Origin: Orbicella franksi
Taxonomy: Eukaryota
Length of the DNA: 64,000 nucleotides
Direction: 5' to 3'
NCBI GenBank assembly: GCA_964199315.1
Contig: OZ116699.1
Span: 15,314,001 to 15,378,000, forward strand
Notes under the pieces: model-generated
What the model saw: the letters and a program-made list of their open reading frames with translations, nothing else
Told to the model about the DNA's origin: nothing
Database searches by the model: none
In this document: positions 12,801-25,496 of the stretch, piece by piece
Layout: each line of letters opens with the position of its first letter
Numbering within the stretch: the stretch's first letter is position 1
Program-made: the position numbers and the translations under genes

Positions 12801-15800
12801 ATAATACTAGTATGTTGTACATGAAAGTATGAACTAATATCATGGGACCCCATTATATGTACAGGGCTGTAGTTACATCTACAGTGTATACAGCACTCTG
12901 TACCTTTGAAGCCTCTGCACACATTAGATACCCATAAGATTAATAAGGAACTTTTATCAATCTTCCCCTAAAGCAAACTTTTCCTAAGTGCACACGCTGC
13001 TGTGACCCAAACTGTACTATGTACATGTTTCTCTCAAAAGCCCATGGCCGGTGGTCACCAATTTTGTAATTAGCCCTTGGTCCTTTGCAATGATAGTGGG
13101 CTTCATGTACATGTATTTTGAGCTGTGACTTACCAGATTAATGGAGAGGGTATGGCTATAAAAATAATAAAACAATAATAATATTTGAAAACTGAGAGCA
13201 GTGTAAATGTCTAAATTGAAGGCGAGCTGTATTGTTGAAAAGCCTTGTCTAATAAGTAAGCAATTCATCTGGTTTGGTGCTCCCCAGGTTGAACTAACCA
13301 CATGAAACCACTCAATACAAACAAACACAAGTAAACTAGGAGACAGGTTTCTAAGGAGCTCGTTAAGAAACAGTCAAACTCATTCATGTCAAACCTGGTT
13401 TTCATTGATAATTCCTGGTGTGTCATACAGCCAGGTCTGACTTTTGTTAGGTTCATCCATCACAAAACTTGGTTTAAGAATGTCGAGAGCAGTCTGTGAT
13501 TGAGTAGGAACCAGAGCTACTGGATTTCCTCTTCTGGTCAATTTTCTTCTTGGTAATTTATCTCTGTAGCTTGTTTCTTCTTTGCTAATGATTTCATAAT
13601 CAATTGCAATTTCACTGTCATCTGGCTTCTGTTGAGAAAAATGAACTTAGGTTATGTAACTTTAGATTGTGATTCACTAAAAAAAACTTTTTTTTTCCCC
13701 AAAGCTCTTTCAAAGGCTAAAAAAACTGGTTTCAAATTGGAGTAGCCAAACAGTCAAACTTGTTCACCCAACATGATCTTTGATGAAAATGATTGATCAT
13801 TTAGTGCTTTGTAAACCACTAATGCATGAGGTGATTTCATGTGCTCACTGTGGCAAATTTGAACACAAGGCAGTTGCCTCAGAATCCCCAGTAAACATTG
13901 TAGCATTTTCACATAAGTGGTTTGTAATTCTGTTTTTTACGTGGTTTGTTATTCTGCAATTGTGGCATCCACTACGACATCAACAGCAGAGGCAGATTAA
14001 AATAAAGGGGGTCGAAGACAGTGCTGGCAAAGTGCAAGTTCCTCCTCCCCATTGTCCCCTCTCCTCTCCCCCTCCCCCACCAAAAAAAATGAAAAATGAA
14101 AAATCCACTTTTCCTGGAAATTCTGCTTATGGAATTGTGGGACCATATATCAAAACTGCAGGGAAAAGGGGAGACCACCACTACCCTTGATCCCCCTAAA
14201 TTTGCCCCAGCTCAGTGTCAAGTGATAAGTTGTCAATACAGAGTGACAACAAGAGATTCCAACAGGTCAATTCCCACTGCTTCCACCAAATCATTACAAA
14301 TTTTCTATTAATTTGTCAGGTCATGTGGCTGACCATGTAGGGTTTTAGTCCTGAGACCTCCTACTTACCTGGAACACTGGATAACTGGTGCATTTGCTGC
14401 ACCATATAATGGTACAGCAAATGCATGTCTCCTGTTGAAATGAGTATTTGATTGGGCATGCAAATCAGACAGATTATCAGGAAATTTGATCCCAAGATTT
14501 CCAAAACATCTTGAAAAAAAATCGCCTGGGATTTTTTTCTTGAAACTTAAGGATAGGAAGAGTAGGAGTCTGTCTCTCTTCTTCTGCCTTCCTTTCCCCC
14601 CTGATTAGCTCCCCTCTATACCTGCCATGTAAGCTATAAAGGAGGAGAGGCAAGACACCTGTTCACTTACTGCCATAAGAAATCAGAGTTAGATGTTAGT
14701 GAAGGCAGTGTAGGCTTCCTACACCGACTCACCTTTACGACACCTTGTCTCATTCTTAAACACAGCTTCTGTAACATCCAGTGACCAATAGGAAACCTTA
14801 ACATTCTTCGTGTTGTGCCTGGCCACAAGCTGACTGTTGCCCTCTGCAGCAAATCAGCCTTCTTGTGAACACTAAACAAATCCAAGAAAAGATTAAATAA
14901 AGATGTTTTCCCACTGTTACTGCAACCAATAAGATAGATATCACCCTTGTGATCCCAATGTTCCATTATTTTGCTTGCCAGCTGAGTGATTCCAAAGCCA
15001 GTCTTAGTGCTAACAAGGCACATACTTTTGATGTTTGCACCTTCAAGGCCATGAGTTTTACAAGTTGTGAAAAGCATTTCTTTCAAGTGTTCTTCTTGCT
15101 TGCTAGTACGCTTACCCTCAACTGGAAGCATGTCCACTTTATTTCCGATAATAATGATTCTCTTTGCCTCCCCCACAGTTTCAAGAAGATCTGGAAAGAC
15201 ACTTCCAGGGAGATCCATCATGTCAACTACATAAAGAATCAACCCTTTTTGTCTTTGAATTTTACTCAGGTACTCCATGATCTCGCCTGAGGTTTCAGTA
15301 ACAGGAAAGGGTTTATTGTAATGCTTTAAATTGAAACACTTTTGACAAACCAATGTAAGAGAGTTTAAGTGAGTCTCTGGGCCTTTTTGACCAATAAATG
15401 GATTCTTGGAAGGTATAATGTAACCGCCCTTCCCGGGATCATCGCTTTGAAAAGTAGCCCCGCAACCTGGACACTTAGGAGAAGGCTGTTCGTAAACATC
15501 TGTGAAAGCCTCGATGCTCAAGAACTCAGGTTCAACAAGAGACGTTTCTCCGCTAGATATCGTGTTGAAATCGCCCTCAGATGGCGTCCCCGCAGTAGAC
15601 GTATTACCACTGAGGTCATATGAAATTAAATCTCGACTCTCCTCTTCTGAATCTGTGCCATTATCGTTTTTCTCGTTAGAAAGATGAGCCGAAGTTCTGA
15701 AGTATCTTCGAACTATAAACCTCTCCTCGCGTTCGCCATTAACATGCAATTTTGATGGGCCGATTTTGTTGAAGCGTCTGGTTTTTACACTTCTACAATA

Positions 15801-15875
15801 ACGTAGAAGTCCATTTGTTCTCCAAATAAGGCCCCTTGCTCTAAGAAGTTGAAATACAGACATATTTCCTTGCAA
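9842..15875 (-). CDS. NOA1: Nitric oxide-associated protein 1 (YqeH-family circularly permuted mitochondrial GTPase), 6 exons, about 732 aa
   Basis: Exons 15875-14733, 13628-13395, 12726-12595, 11838-11722, 10886-10649, 10176-9842; all GT-AG and phase-compatible (2199 nt). Zinc knuckle CPGC...CQKC; permuted G motifs GNKVD (G4), GCSNSGKT (G1), PGTT (G2), DTPG (G3); C-terminal PRTFILKPG, GWVSVT; Arg-rich N-terminal transit peptide. Confidence 0.95.
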
Positions 15876-17351
15876 AAATCCGTTTTAACCATTGCACATG
15901 TATTCCGCCATGACACTTTTGTATGGGCAAATCCGCTGGAAAATCGCAGGCACAAATGGGAAAAATGTGCCCAATCTTCCCAAGTCACAACTTGAACGTT
16001 TACCAGGCTTAGCCTGGGAGTAGTAGTTGAGAGTAGGCACAGAAAATTATTTTGCTAAAATATTTCCTTTTTTATCATAGCAAGAGAGCATGACCTCATT
16101 TTCTCTTGATTATAGTAATAAAGCTTCAAGGACACTCGGTTAGTCACTCTCCCAACCATGTTCTAGCCTGTGTCACAGCCGCCTCTCCCCGGAAAAAAAA
16201 GGGAAGAGGCGGCTGTGACCGTCCTGAAACTTTTCACATGAATCTGCACTGCATAATGTAGTTAAGTAAATGCCCGACTGCACAACAAGAAGTTAAGGGG
16301 GCCCCTGAACATGAAGTTTTACTAAAATAGACCGGAGGGGCAATGGAGACCAGGTCATTAGTCCCCGATTTTTATTGCAAAACGGTAAGGCATCGAAAGC
16401 CCGTAGCTTCACTCTGCCTTCCCCTTTCAACACTGTTTCAAGACCCTTCAAGCGAAAAGCTCCATTCTTCACCGATCTTCACCCAAAACCCGGCCACCTC
16501 CGCCTCTTTCTTTTTAAAAGCGTATCTGAAACCGACTCTGGAAAGTTTCGAGAAGTGCAAGCAATTTTTGAATTTAACTGATTCAAGATTGATTTTGCCT
16601 CTATAGTACTATGACTATTATGTTGGAATAATTCTTTGATCCATACGCTTTGAGAGTGAAACGGCAGTAATGAAACAACAGTTAGAGTAATCTGTCTGAC
16701 AAATTTTCTCAGGGATTGCTCTGTTATGTCGACTGTCGTCCCGGGACTGCATTCCGTTTACGGTTACTGAGGTCTACTGAGTCAACCTTACTGAACGTTC
16801 GGTCCTGTATAACTTGACAAAATTTCATTTCCAAATGTTACAAGAACTGAGAATGCATTTAACTATTACCCCACAATTCGTCGATGTTTGCTCGAGAGCT
16901 TCATCGTTTAATGCTTCAGTTACTAAGTCTCTTGAAAATTAACAAGCCGGCCTCCTTAAAATATTTGACACTTTTTCTTAAATTTTTCCTTTGTCTGAAA
17001 GAACGGCATAGCCCTAAACGCATCTGGACGACCAGGAATTGTTCACTGACAAATGCAAGAAAGAGCCAGCGCGGAATAAATTAAAGGTTTTTATCCGAAT
17101 TGATTGTAAATTCAACGAGTTGTGTGTTTGGCAAAATTTACATAAACTTTCACTTCAGCTGTCACTACTAACACTTAAGGAGTCGACTTAGACAGTAAAT
17201 GACACCTTTTGTGCATAGTTTACTTATCAACTGCGCGCCTAGCGATCCTATTGGTGCAGAACGCGTGTTTCTTTGTACACCGCTTCAAAGGTACATTACG
17301 TATTCACCGGGCATTATGGTGTTTATTCTTCCCATCTCAACGGGATATTGT

Positions 17352-17364
17352 GTACCTTGACAAC
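17352..17364. promoter_or_regulatory. Candidate RFX X-box upstream of the ciliary gene
   Basis: GTACCTTGACAAC (reverse complement GTTGTCAAGGTAC) resembles GTTGCCATGGTAAC, about 75 nt before the ATG; imperfect match. Confidence 0.35.
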
Positions 17365-17438
17365 GAAGCACAGCTGAAAAGTTTGCTCAGTAATTCAACA
17401 GAATCTACAGACCGCAGTCGAAGATTGACGCGTTAAAA

Positions 17439-20400
17439 ATGGGTTTTACCGAGTTGACGAATCCACATAAAGCTAGCAATTTGCCTGGGTGAGTAGAAAA
17501 CTATTAATTACTGATTTTATCTTAGTTTGGGATAGCGTCGGTTCGGCATTAAGCGGCTCATTTAGATCGGTGACACTTTTGAATGGTAGTGTGTGGTGTA
17601 AATAGAAAGTACAACAAGTCGAACACAGCAGTTGATAACGAGAGTAATCAATTCGTTCGGCTAAACTAAGAAAACGTTCACGATACACATTGAAGAAGCG
17701 TAAAACATTGAGCATCTATCGTGGATGAATTATTGATTCGATGAAGAGATGAAGCATATGAAGTACTTCAGTTAAGATTGTACTTTATCGTACGACGACT
17801 TGAAGTCTAACGTTTCGGAAGAGGAAAAACTGAATTGGAAATACATTTTAAAAATAGAAAGCGAAAAACAACTCCTCTGTGTTTATTAAGCCAGTTAAAG
17901 ACCCAAGCCTTAATAGTTAACTTTTTACTAGAAACCAGGGAATGATGACGAGAAAAAGCCTCGGCAGGGTAAAACAATAAAGTTCCTGCCTGAAGCTACT
18001 TTTGGCTGTGACGGACAAGAATATTTTATGCCAATTTTTTTTCTCCTTGCTGTAGTTCAACCCCAGCTCTAAATTACCGAAGAATAAACTGGTTAATTTG
18101 GTCCAGGTTGATCTTTAATACATGCTTAGAAACGTGATGTATCTCAGACTTTACACAGCAGGTTGTTAGGAACTCTCACCGGCAAATTTAATGATTACTG
18201 ATATTTTGCTTATTCCAGATACCGAGGTTACTGTCCCCAGTTGAAATATGAATGTGGACACACATATGGGATAGCAACAGACAAACTCACTACAGTAAGT
18301 AAATATAATAAATAAAAGATTCATTTTAAACAAAGTTCGCTAAACTTTACCAAACAAAAGAAACAACTTAACGCATTATAGGGTCATTTTTTTTCTTAAA
18401 TGAGTATTTGCTCTAAAAGTGTTTCTTATAAACACCAAAACCTGTATACGACCATAAGTACAGTATCCTTGTTTCATTGACGCGTGAAATTGCATGATAA
18501 AATTTTGAAGGAACCCTTGCCAGTGGATTTTGAGGAAAAACGCATATTTAGCATTACAAGATAATTGCAAAGTTCTATCGCAAACGTTGACTTACTTGCT
18601 TGGAAAGCAAAGTTTCAAGACGTAAGGTAAAGATAGATGAAATATCGACAAAAGATGCTAACACGTTTTTAGCACATGTTAGTTAATTCATTCTGTTACT
18701 GACCGCTTGGTAGCTTTGTTATCTTAATTTTACTTCAATATACGTGCACGACTAGCTGTTTAGAAACTAATTTGTTGTTTTCTTTGCCGCAGAGACACAT
18801 GCGAAATGAGAAACTTGTTCCAATGACTCTACCAGACCCACGGGAGAGAATACCATATCTACCACAACCAAATGGGGACAACAAACTGACAGCAGCCATG
18901 GTTCCATATTACACAGGCAATACGAACACAATATCATTTCTTTACACACTTAAAACTTCATTAATACCAAAGAATCTCTTTTGTTATTCCCATGCCTTCG
19001 TTTGCGTTCTCTATTGTTCTTCCATTGCTTTGGCAAACCGCTATTTCAAAGGCATTTGCAGCTCACTGTAGCCTCAAGTACATTGGTTTGGTTTGGTCAT
19101 TACGAATTGGGAAAGAAAATACGACTTAGTACCACGTGGTCATTGCCTTCAGTGAGTTTTGAACTAGTTTCGGGGCCTAAGACCGATATTACAATGATTT
19201 TTATAACTCAGAAAGTTTCGGCTTTGAGTCATTTCAGAATTTTCTAAAAAGTAGACAAATTTATATATAAACAATAAATGAAAGTGCATTCAGTTTCAAA
19301 AACCAAATATGTACTGTAACCCATAGAGAGATAAATCCTCAACAAGCAAGACTGTTTCGATTACTTATCGAAAGTCACGTACCAACAGATCTTATTACTC
19401 ACACTTAAGGCATGCTTAATCAGTGAAGCTTTACTTATGTGTGATAAGGATTTAAAAACTCAATTTGAAGCTAAAAGAGGTCTTAAAAGGTTGACAGTTG
19501 AAATCCTTATTTGAATTAAATTGCGCTCCCATAAAAACATTCTCTTTAATCTAAACGGCAAAAAAACTATGATTAAGTGTATTCGGATTTTCCGTAGTTA
19601 GAATAAATAGGCCATTTCTGAGTTGCCTTTTGCCTCTGTGTTAAAACAAGCCTTCTTGTGAAACCATTTATATGAAAATATGCTCCACCTGCAGGTTTGT
19701 TATCTTCATAAAGCCCGCAGTTTTTACGCGGAAGTTTCTAAGACAACACGAAGAACCAGGCCGAAGGCGGCCCACAATTTTCGGAGAACAGTCGGGATGG
19801 CGGTCTCGAGTCCTCGCCTCGTTTTTATTGGAGCATGAAAAACGAAACCTTTGCTGGAGTTTCGCGAAGATTTAGCAAAAGCGACAAGCAAAGAAAACGA
19901 TTTGGGGCAAGACCCACAAAACCACTTTTTCTCGCCGATTTAATCCCGGTAGCTTGCGAAAACTTTTGATAAAAACGAGTTAAAAATGCTATAAGGGAAA
20001 ATTTTATTTGCATTAGGAAGTTATAAATCAAGACCTGATCTCCAAGTGGGAGACCTGCCACTCACTAACCACGTATTGTGTTATATTTAGGTTATGTTCC
20101 CACAATGCGATTTCTTTACGGTTCCCGATACAGAGAAGCGACAGAACAAGCCGTTAGCAATTTCATGAAGAAGGACAAGAATCACAGAATAGAACAAGAT
20201 GACCTGAAGAAATCTATGTACAGTCATCCAAAGCTGAAGCCTGTACCGAGTTACAGAGAACCCACGAACTACCCTGATCTGACACCAAAATACGCTAAAG
20301 GGTACTTCCCTAGTAAGTATGGATTACTGACAAACATGCTGCTAGTCTGATATTCAAACTTGATTAATTCAAGAAAGTGGTCCACTGAAAAAAATGTACT

Positions 20401-22134
20401 CTTGCTTAAATGAGGCAACTTATGCAAATGGTTCTACCGAATATTTGTCGATGTGTATATTGCGTTTTCATGGGCTCTCTCAGCTCATCACGCACTGTGA
20501 AAGCTTTTCTGTGCTGCAGACAACAAGCCATGCCGGAAGATCGGTGGGAAAGTTGTGAGCCACTTGCCCTCCATTCCGTCGTGGTTTCCAAACTCTTCCC
20601 ATGATTCGTTATATCTCAGTTAAGTCGGTTGCACGTTGAATGAGCTGGTGAACGATAAAATTCCCTGGTCTTATGATTATAGAATAAATTCTTCTTTGGA
20701 ATCAATGTTGGTGAGAGTTCGTGAAAAAGCAGAGTGTAGCCATTTTATAATGTTAATTTTGTTGCCATAGGCTTTTTGTTATAGTATTCATAATGATAAA
20801 AACTTGCCAACACAACGTGTTTGTTGTTATTGCACAGGTGAACATCGGGAATTTTGTGAGGCGCCGTTACCAGGCTACACGGGTTATGTACCGCGGAGGC
20901 GAGAACACGACCTGGGTACTAGATACGCTACCTGGACTAAGGACGGCTTTACGGACTCTCTTGAAATGCGCAATAAACAGGAAGGCCTGGCCACTCAGGC
21001 TATTGACGTCACTAGGTAAACAAGATATTAAAAAAGGTTATAGTTGTGTTTTTATTCTGGACGGACCAAATTTGAGCTTAGGTCGTTATGCAAAGCGTAA
21101 TGGCTGTCTTAACCTGGAGTAGAATAATTTCCTCCACCTCTGACAAAGTTTAAAGTCTCATTTTTAAGATCGAAGGGAAAGAACATTTTAGTTTTCATAT
21201 TCCAGAGCTAAAAATATCACTAGTTCTAAGCCGATCACTCTCAAAACTTAGAGACGGTATGACTGTATGTTCTTGTTATCTATAAATAACACACAAACCT
21301 CTCCCTTTCTGTAGATTACCAGAGGCGACTGTAAAACCGCTGATCGCAGAGCACGGAACACTGTACAGGAAAATAGGAATGAAACCAAAATATACAGGCT
21401 ACATACCACGTGAGTAAACACACACCACTTCATGTCGCAGTCACTGATGAAAGACTAACAATCGAAATGTCAGAGAGCTGACTTGAGCCTCCAAAGTTAT
21501 CAACTGAAGATGATAGGAATTGAAGCGACTTTTTCGTTTGCCTACCTGGATCAGTGGTGTAATTAAACTTCCTACTACTTTATCGTGATCACATGTATTA
21601 ATGAACTCTCGGTTCCAAAGTAAAAACTTCAGTCAGGGACCTCAGTTTTCTTTCCGAGTTTTTTTTTTTTTCATCAAAATTACTTTGAAGAAAACCCGGC
21701 TGAAACTAGCAGTTTACTAGGAAAGAAAACCACCGAGGAGAGTATAAACCATAACAAAACAAGGATGGCAACGAATGGTGAAGATTGACAAGGACTACAA
21801 ACGAAGAATTTTCCTAATAAAAATTCAGGCAAAACTTTTCAAGATGGGCAAGCCGTGACATAACTCCTTTACGCATCGCAAAAAGTGAATTAATACATCA
21901 CGCAAGTTTAAAGCGTCCTTGGAGTTGCAGAATAGGAAATGAAAATTCAATTCTTGGCTTATTTTTTATCTACTTTCTTATTCATTTATCAGAGCCTTTC
22001 TCTATATCTTTTTTTTCACAGAGAGACGTTTCAGATTTGGCAACACTTATGGCGACACCACGCGCTCGTTACCAGTCTGCATGGACACGCTCGGATATTC
22101 AAGTGGAAGTTACATCACAATGCCTGTCATGTGA
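17439..22134 (+). CDS. FAM166/CIMIP2 or SPMIP5(C10orf82)-like ciliary microtubule inner protein, 7 exons, about 285 aa
   Basis: Exons 17439-17488, 18219-18294, 18793-18916, 20091-20312, 20838-21015, 21315-21409, 22022-22134; phases consistent (858 nt). Four family repeats: LPGYRGYCPQLKYECGHTYG, MVPYYTGYVPTMRFLYGSRY, LPGYTGYVPRRREHDLGTRY, KPKYTGYIPQRRFRFGNTYG. Exact orthologue not resolvable by eye. Confidence 0.88.
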
Positions 22135-23638
22135 TGGGGCTCTACGAAGTACCAAGATAAGGGCCTCATTAGCATGTGCTATTTATTCAGTTACTTATTA
22201 CGGGGAATTTCGTCAGCATCCTTAGACACTATTTTCCAGAAATAGTATTTATCTGACATCATGACGTTTTGGCTTGTAAATTTCACATATTTTCGATTCT
22301 ATTTGCGACAAACGTCCTTCTTTCTACTTATACTATAGAAATGATTTAATTTAAAAACCCAGAAGTAGAATAATATCTGAATGTGTAATTAAGATGTTAA
22401 ATTTTCGAAAACACTTTGTCATTTGCTTTAGAGGTTTTCATTAGTGAGACATTTTCAGTTCTTCACCCGTAGATGTCAGAACCTTCTTATTTAGGAGTAA
22501 ACACCACATGAAATACGTTCCTACTATTGACTTTCATGTAAATGATCACACACAATGTTTCAACAGGACTCAAACATTTGACCCTCAGAGTCTGATCAGG
22601 TTTAAAGGTTTGCTCCGACCGATCCAAATTGTAAATATATTTTTTTATGAATTCTTAGACGACTGCGACCGTGCTTGCGTTTTAGAATTTACTCTCTGGC
22701 TACCTAAGCTCAACAGCTCCGATCTCCCCTCACCTCTTCCCTCTCGCCTCGTTTGTTGCGGACGGGAAGGTAAGGGTAGACTGACCACGCCTCAACGTCC
22801 TCGATCATTCTTCAGTAAACCTGTTTATCTAACAGGTTGAACAAGATTGAAATAGATAGTAGTTTGCCTCCGGTGGAGATGCTGTTATGTCAATGTGTTA
22901 CTTCTACTCCTGGTCGCAGCCCGTTTTATAAGACAATGTTTTATATAGAAATATTTCAACGTAGGGCATGGAAAGACAGCTAATAAATACAAAATTAATT
23001 AATTAATTTTATCAAGGAGTGTGTTTTTACAGAGTGAGACTAAGAAGTCATAAATGTTATTAAGAAGCACCAAAAGTCTATTTTAGCTAATTTGAACACT
23101 GTTTGCAATAAAAAAAATTTCAGTGCTGTTGCAATTTATATGTGCGCGTGGAAGTTCAGTGAAACTGTGTAACCGGTTATTGCTTTCATTATGTACCTCC
23201 GGATCTAGCAGAAATGTTTCTAAGATGAAGCTCTTTAACAGTTGGACTACGACCACGAATGTTTTCTGAGCAAATAGAAAAACCAAGGTGATTAATTGTC
23301 TTTCTGGATATTTCAAAGGATTGCAGCCGGAAGAGTTTCAGAGTTTTTTATTTTTTCAATCAAACATCAAGAAGAATTTTCCTTTTCAAGTGCAACGCCC
23401 TCTCGATCGTCTTCTATGTATTAAACGATTTGATTATAAGCTCGAGATTTCTGTCGCGTGCCGGATAGTTGACTCGGGCTGTGCCCTCGTCAGCTGTCAC
23501 GCATAGAAATCTCGAGCTCATAATCTAATTTTTTATCAGTATAGACCTACTAGTCGTTCAAAACTTTATCTAAATCCTCTTCAAAGACACTTCAAAAACG
23601 CCAAAAAGCGGCCGTCATTTTCTTAACAAGGGCACACT

Positions 23639-23686
23639 GCTACGCTACTCACTATCTATCACAGAATAGATAGTGAGTAGCATAGC
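23639..23686. repeat. 21-bp near-perfect hairpin inside a larger repeat
   Basis: GCTACGCTACTCACTATCTAT-CACAGA-ATAGATAGTGAGTAGCATAGC (one mismatch). Confidence 0.85.
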
Positions 23687-24680
23687 CAATCATAGAACGG
23701 CATTCGTGTTAGAATGCAAACAGATTTATACTAACAGCGAATAGAAAGTTAGTGAGAGAACCGATCATATACGCGGAATTACAATCCATTACTTAAAGAA
23801 GATTGGTCAAGATTTGCAAATGATCTCCTCAGTGAAGTGTAATTTAAAAACCTAAGTAGCATTTTTTTCTCTGATTTTCTCAACGTTGACTTTTTTTCAT
23901 GGAAAAAACCTTCCAAAGGAAATGATTAGATGTGCTTAAAATGGATACCGTTTTTTTTTTTATCTTTTTTCGCCAGATACGGATAGCTCTTTATATTCTC
24001 TTCAGTCGATTTTCGCACTTGCGTTATAATTTGTCAATTGAGTTCTATATTTAAGATATTTTCAGATGGGAGGATTAAAACTGCTTATCCTCTTAAAAGT
24101 TGTTCAGAGAATGAGAGATGAGAAAGACAATAGATCCTGGTAGAGGGAAGGGCCTCACTCATGTGATGTTGTCTTCTTAATTTCTAAAATTCAGCATGCC
24201 ATTACTATATAAGAAAACAACCATTTATCGTTTTTGTCTTTACATCACTTAAATAACCAACAGCTACATATAAAATAAATAAATAGATGCACTTTGTGCC
24301 AAATTACTTATAAAATCAATGCGAATCATAGATAATCTTGAATGCGCACAATCATTTCTTATTGTGGATCTTTTTTTTACAAATCAGAACAATGTTTAAA
24401 ATTTTGTTTCTTGCGAGCGAAAGTGTCTTCAGGCCCCATGTCTGTACATGACGCCTTCGTTTAACGTGCATAAGACATAAATCTTAACTTGTGTTCAAAT
24501 TTTGACGCAGACATAAACTGCTTTTTGATTTCATAGCCAGTTAAAATTTAATTCGTTCACATAAACACAACGCACCATGAAAGAAAAAGAGAAAGCAACG
24601 GAAGAGAAGTTTCTCACGTGACAATGTCTGTTTGGACACCGGCTTTTCTGGAACTTTTCATTTTCTCTTATCACAAGACA

Positions 24681-24966
24681 GAGCGGTTTTCATTCGAGTG
24701 TCGAAAAGTATTGGTTTTGCATCAACTACTCTACATGATTGGCTAAAAAAAAACTCGCGCCACTTTTTGATTCAATCAGAAGTAAAACCAAAACCAATCG
24801 TGACTCGCTCGCACTCGTTTTCCCGCGCTTTCAGTCAGCTGCATGTAATTACTTCGAGTTTTGATTGGTTCACCAATCTGTGTCCTGTACTGTCTGTGTC
24901 CTTTTGATTGGCTAGAGTGATTACTTTGGTGGTTTTGATTTTACAACACTCAGTTGAAAACTGTTC
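24681..24966. mobile_element. MITE family with GAGCGGTTTTCA..GAGTGTCG terminal repeats (other copies at 42084-42230 and 60278-60419; partial copy about 57990-58170)
   Basis: Termini GAGCGGTTTTCATTCGAGTGTCG ... CAACACTCAGTTGAAAACTGTTC; internal AAACCAAAACCAA and GATTGG repeats shared among copies. Confidence 0.75.
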
Positions 24967-25496
24967 CATATGTGGTTTCTTGTTAGACAAGCCAAACGTT
25001 AATTGCGGGTTGCTATGGAGTCATGGCGCCTGCGCAATGGGGATGCCAGCCCACATCACAGTATGCCTCTTGCCGTTCGCTTTATGAACGTACTAGCCCG
25101 TACTGTATCGATAAAACCTTAACTCGCAGAATATTGACATATCATTTTAAGTAATAATTGTCCGTAGTTAATCTCAATTAAATTAAGAACTATGTAACTC
25201 TCCGCCCCAAGGCCTCAGGAAATCACTTTCTAAAGATCCGTTGGCATGTGTGGGACGGCAATGTGACGCTGAAGATAAATGAAATCGCTTACACCTTAAA
25301 ATCGCGACGGAAACCTTCTTTGTATAAGCTACAACTACTATGGCTGGGAAGCTATGGAACTGTTCTATCTTCTTCCTTTCTCTTCTACCTTGAACAAATA
25401 CTCTGTTTTATCCATGTTCAACATGTTGCTCACGAATGCATATTCTTCCATCCTGATGTCTTACGTATAAGTTAATGTCACGTGTTTGCTGTCCAT

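Noticed and set aside
14363-14372. ACTTACCTGG, identical to the U1 snRNA 5' end
   Set aside because: The following sequence is not U1; it is simply the reverse complement of a consensus splice donor.
14667-14732. ORF-track extension of NOA1 exon 1 (VSRCRKPT...FLWQ)
   Set aside because: Read-through into intron 1; the donor at 14733 joins in frame to the DTPG exon.
16343-16606. 87-aa ATG ORF in the NOA1/ciliary gene spacer
   Set aside because: No recognisable motif, no supporting splice partners, overlapping ORFs of similar size.
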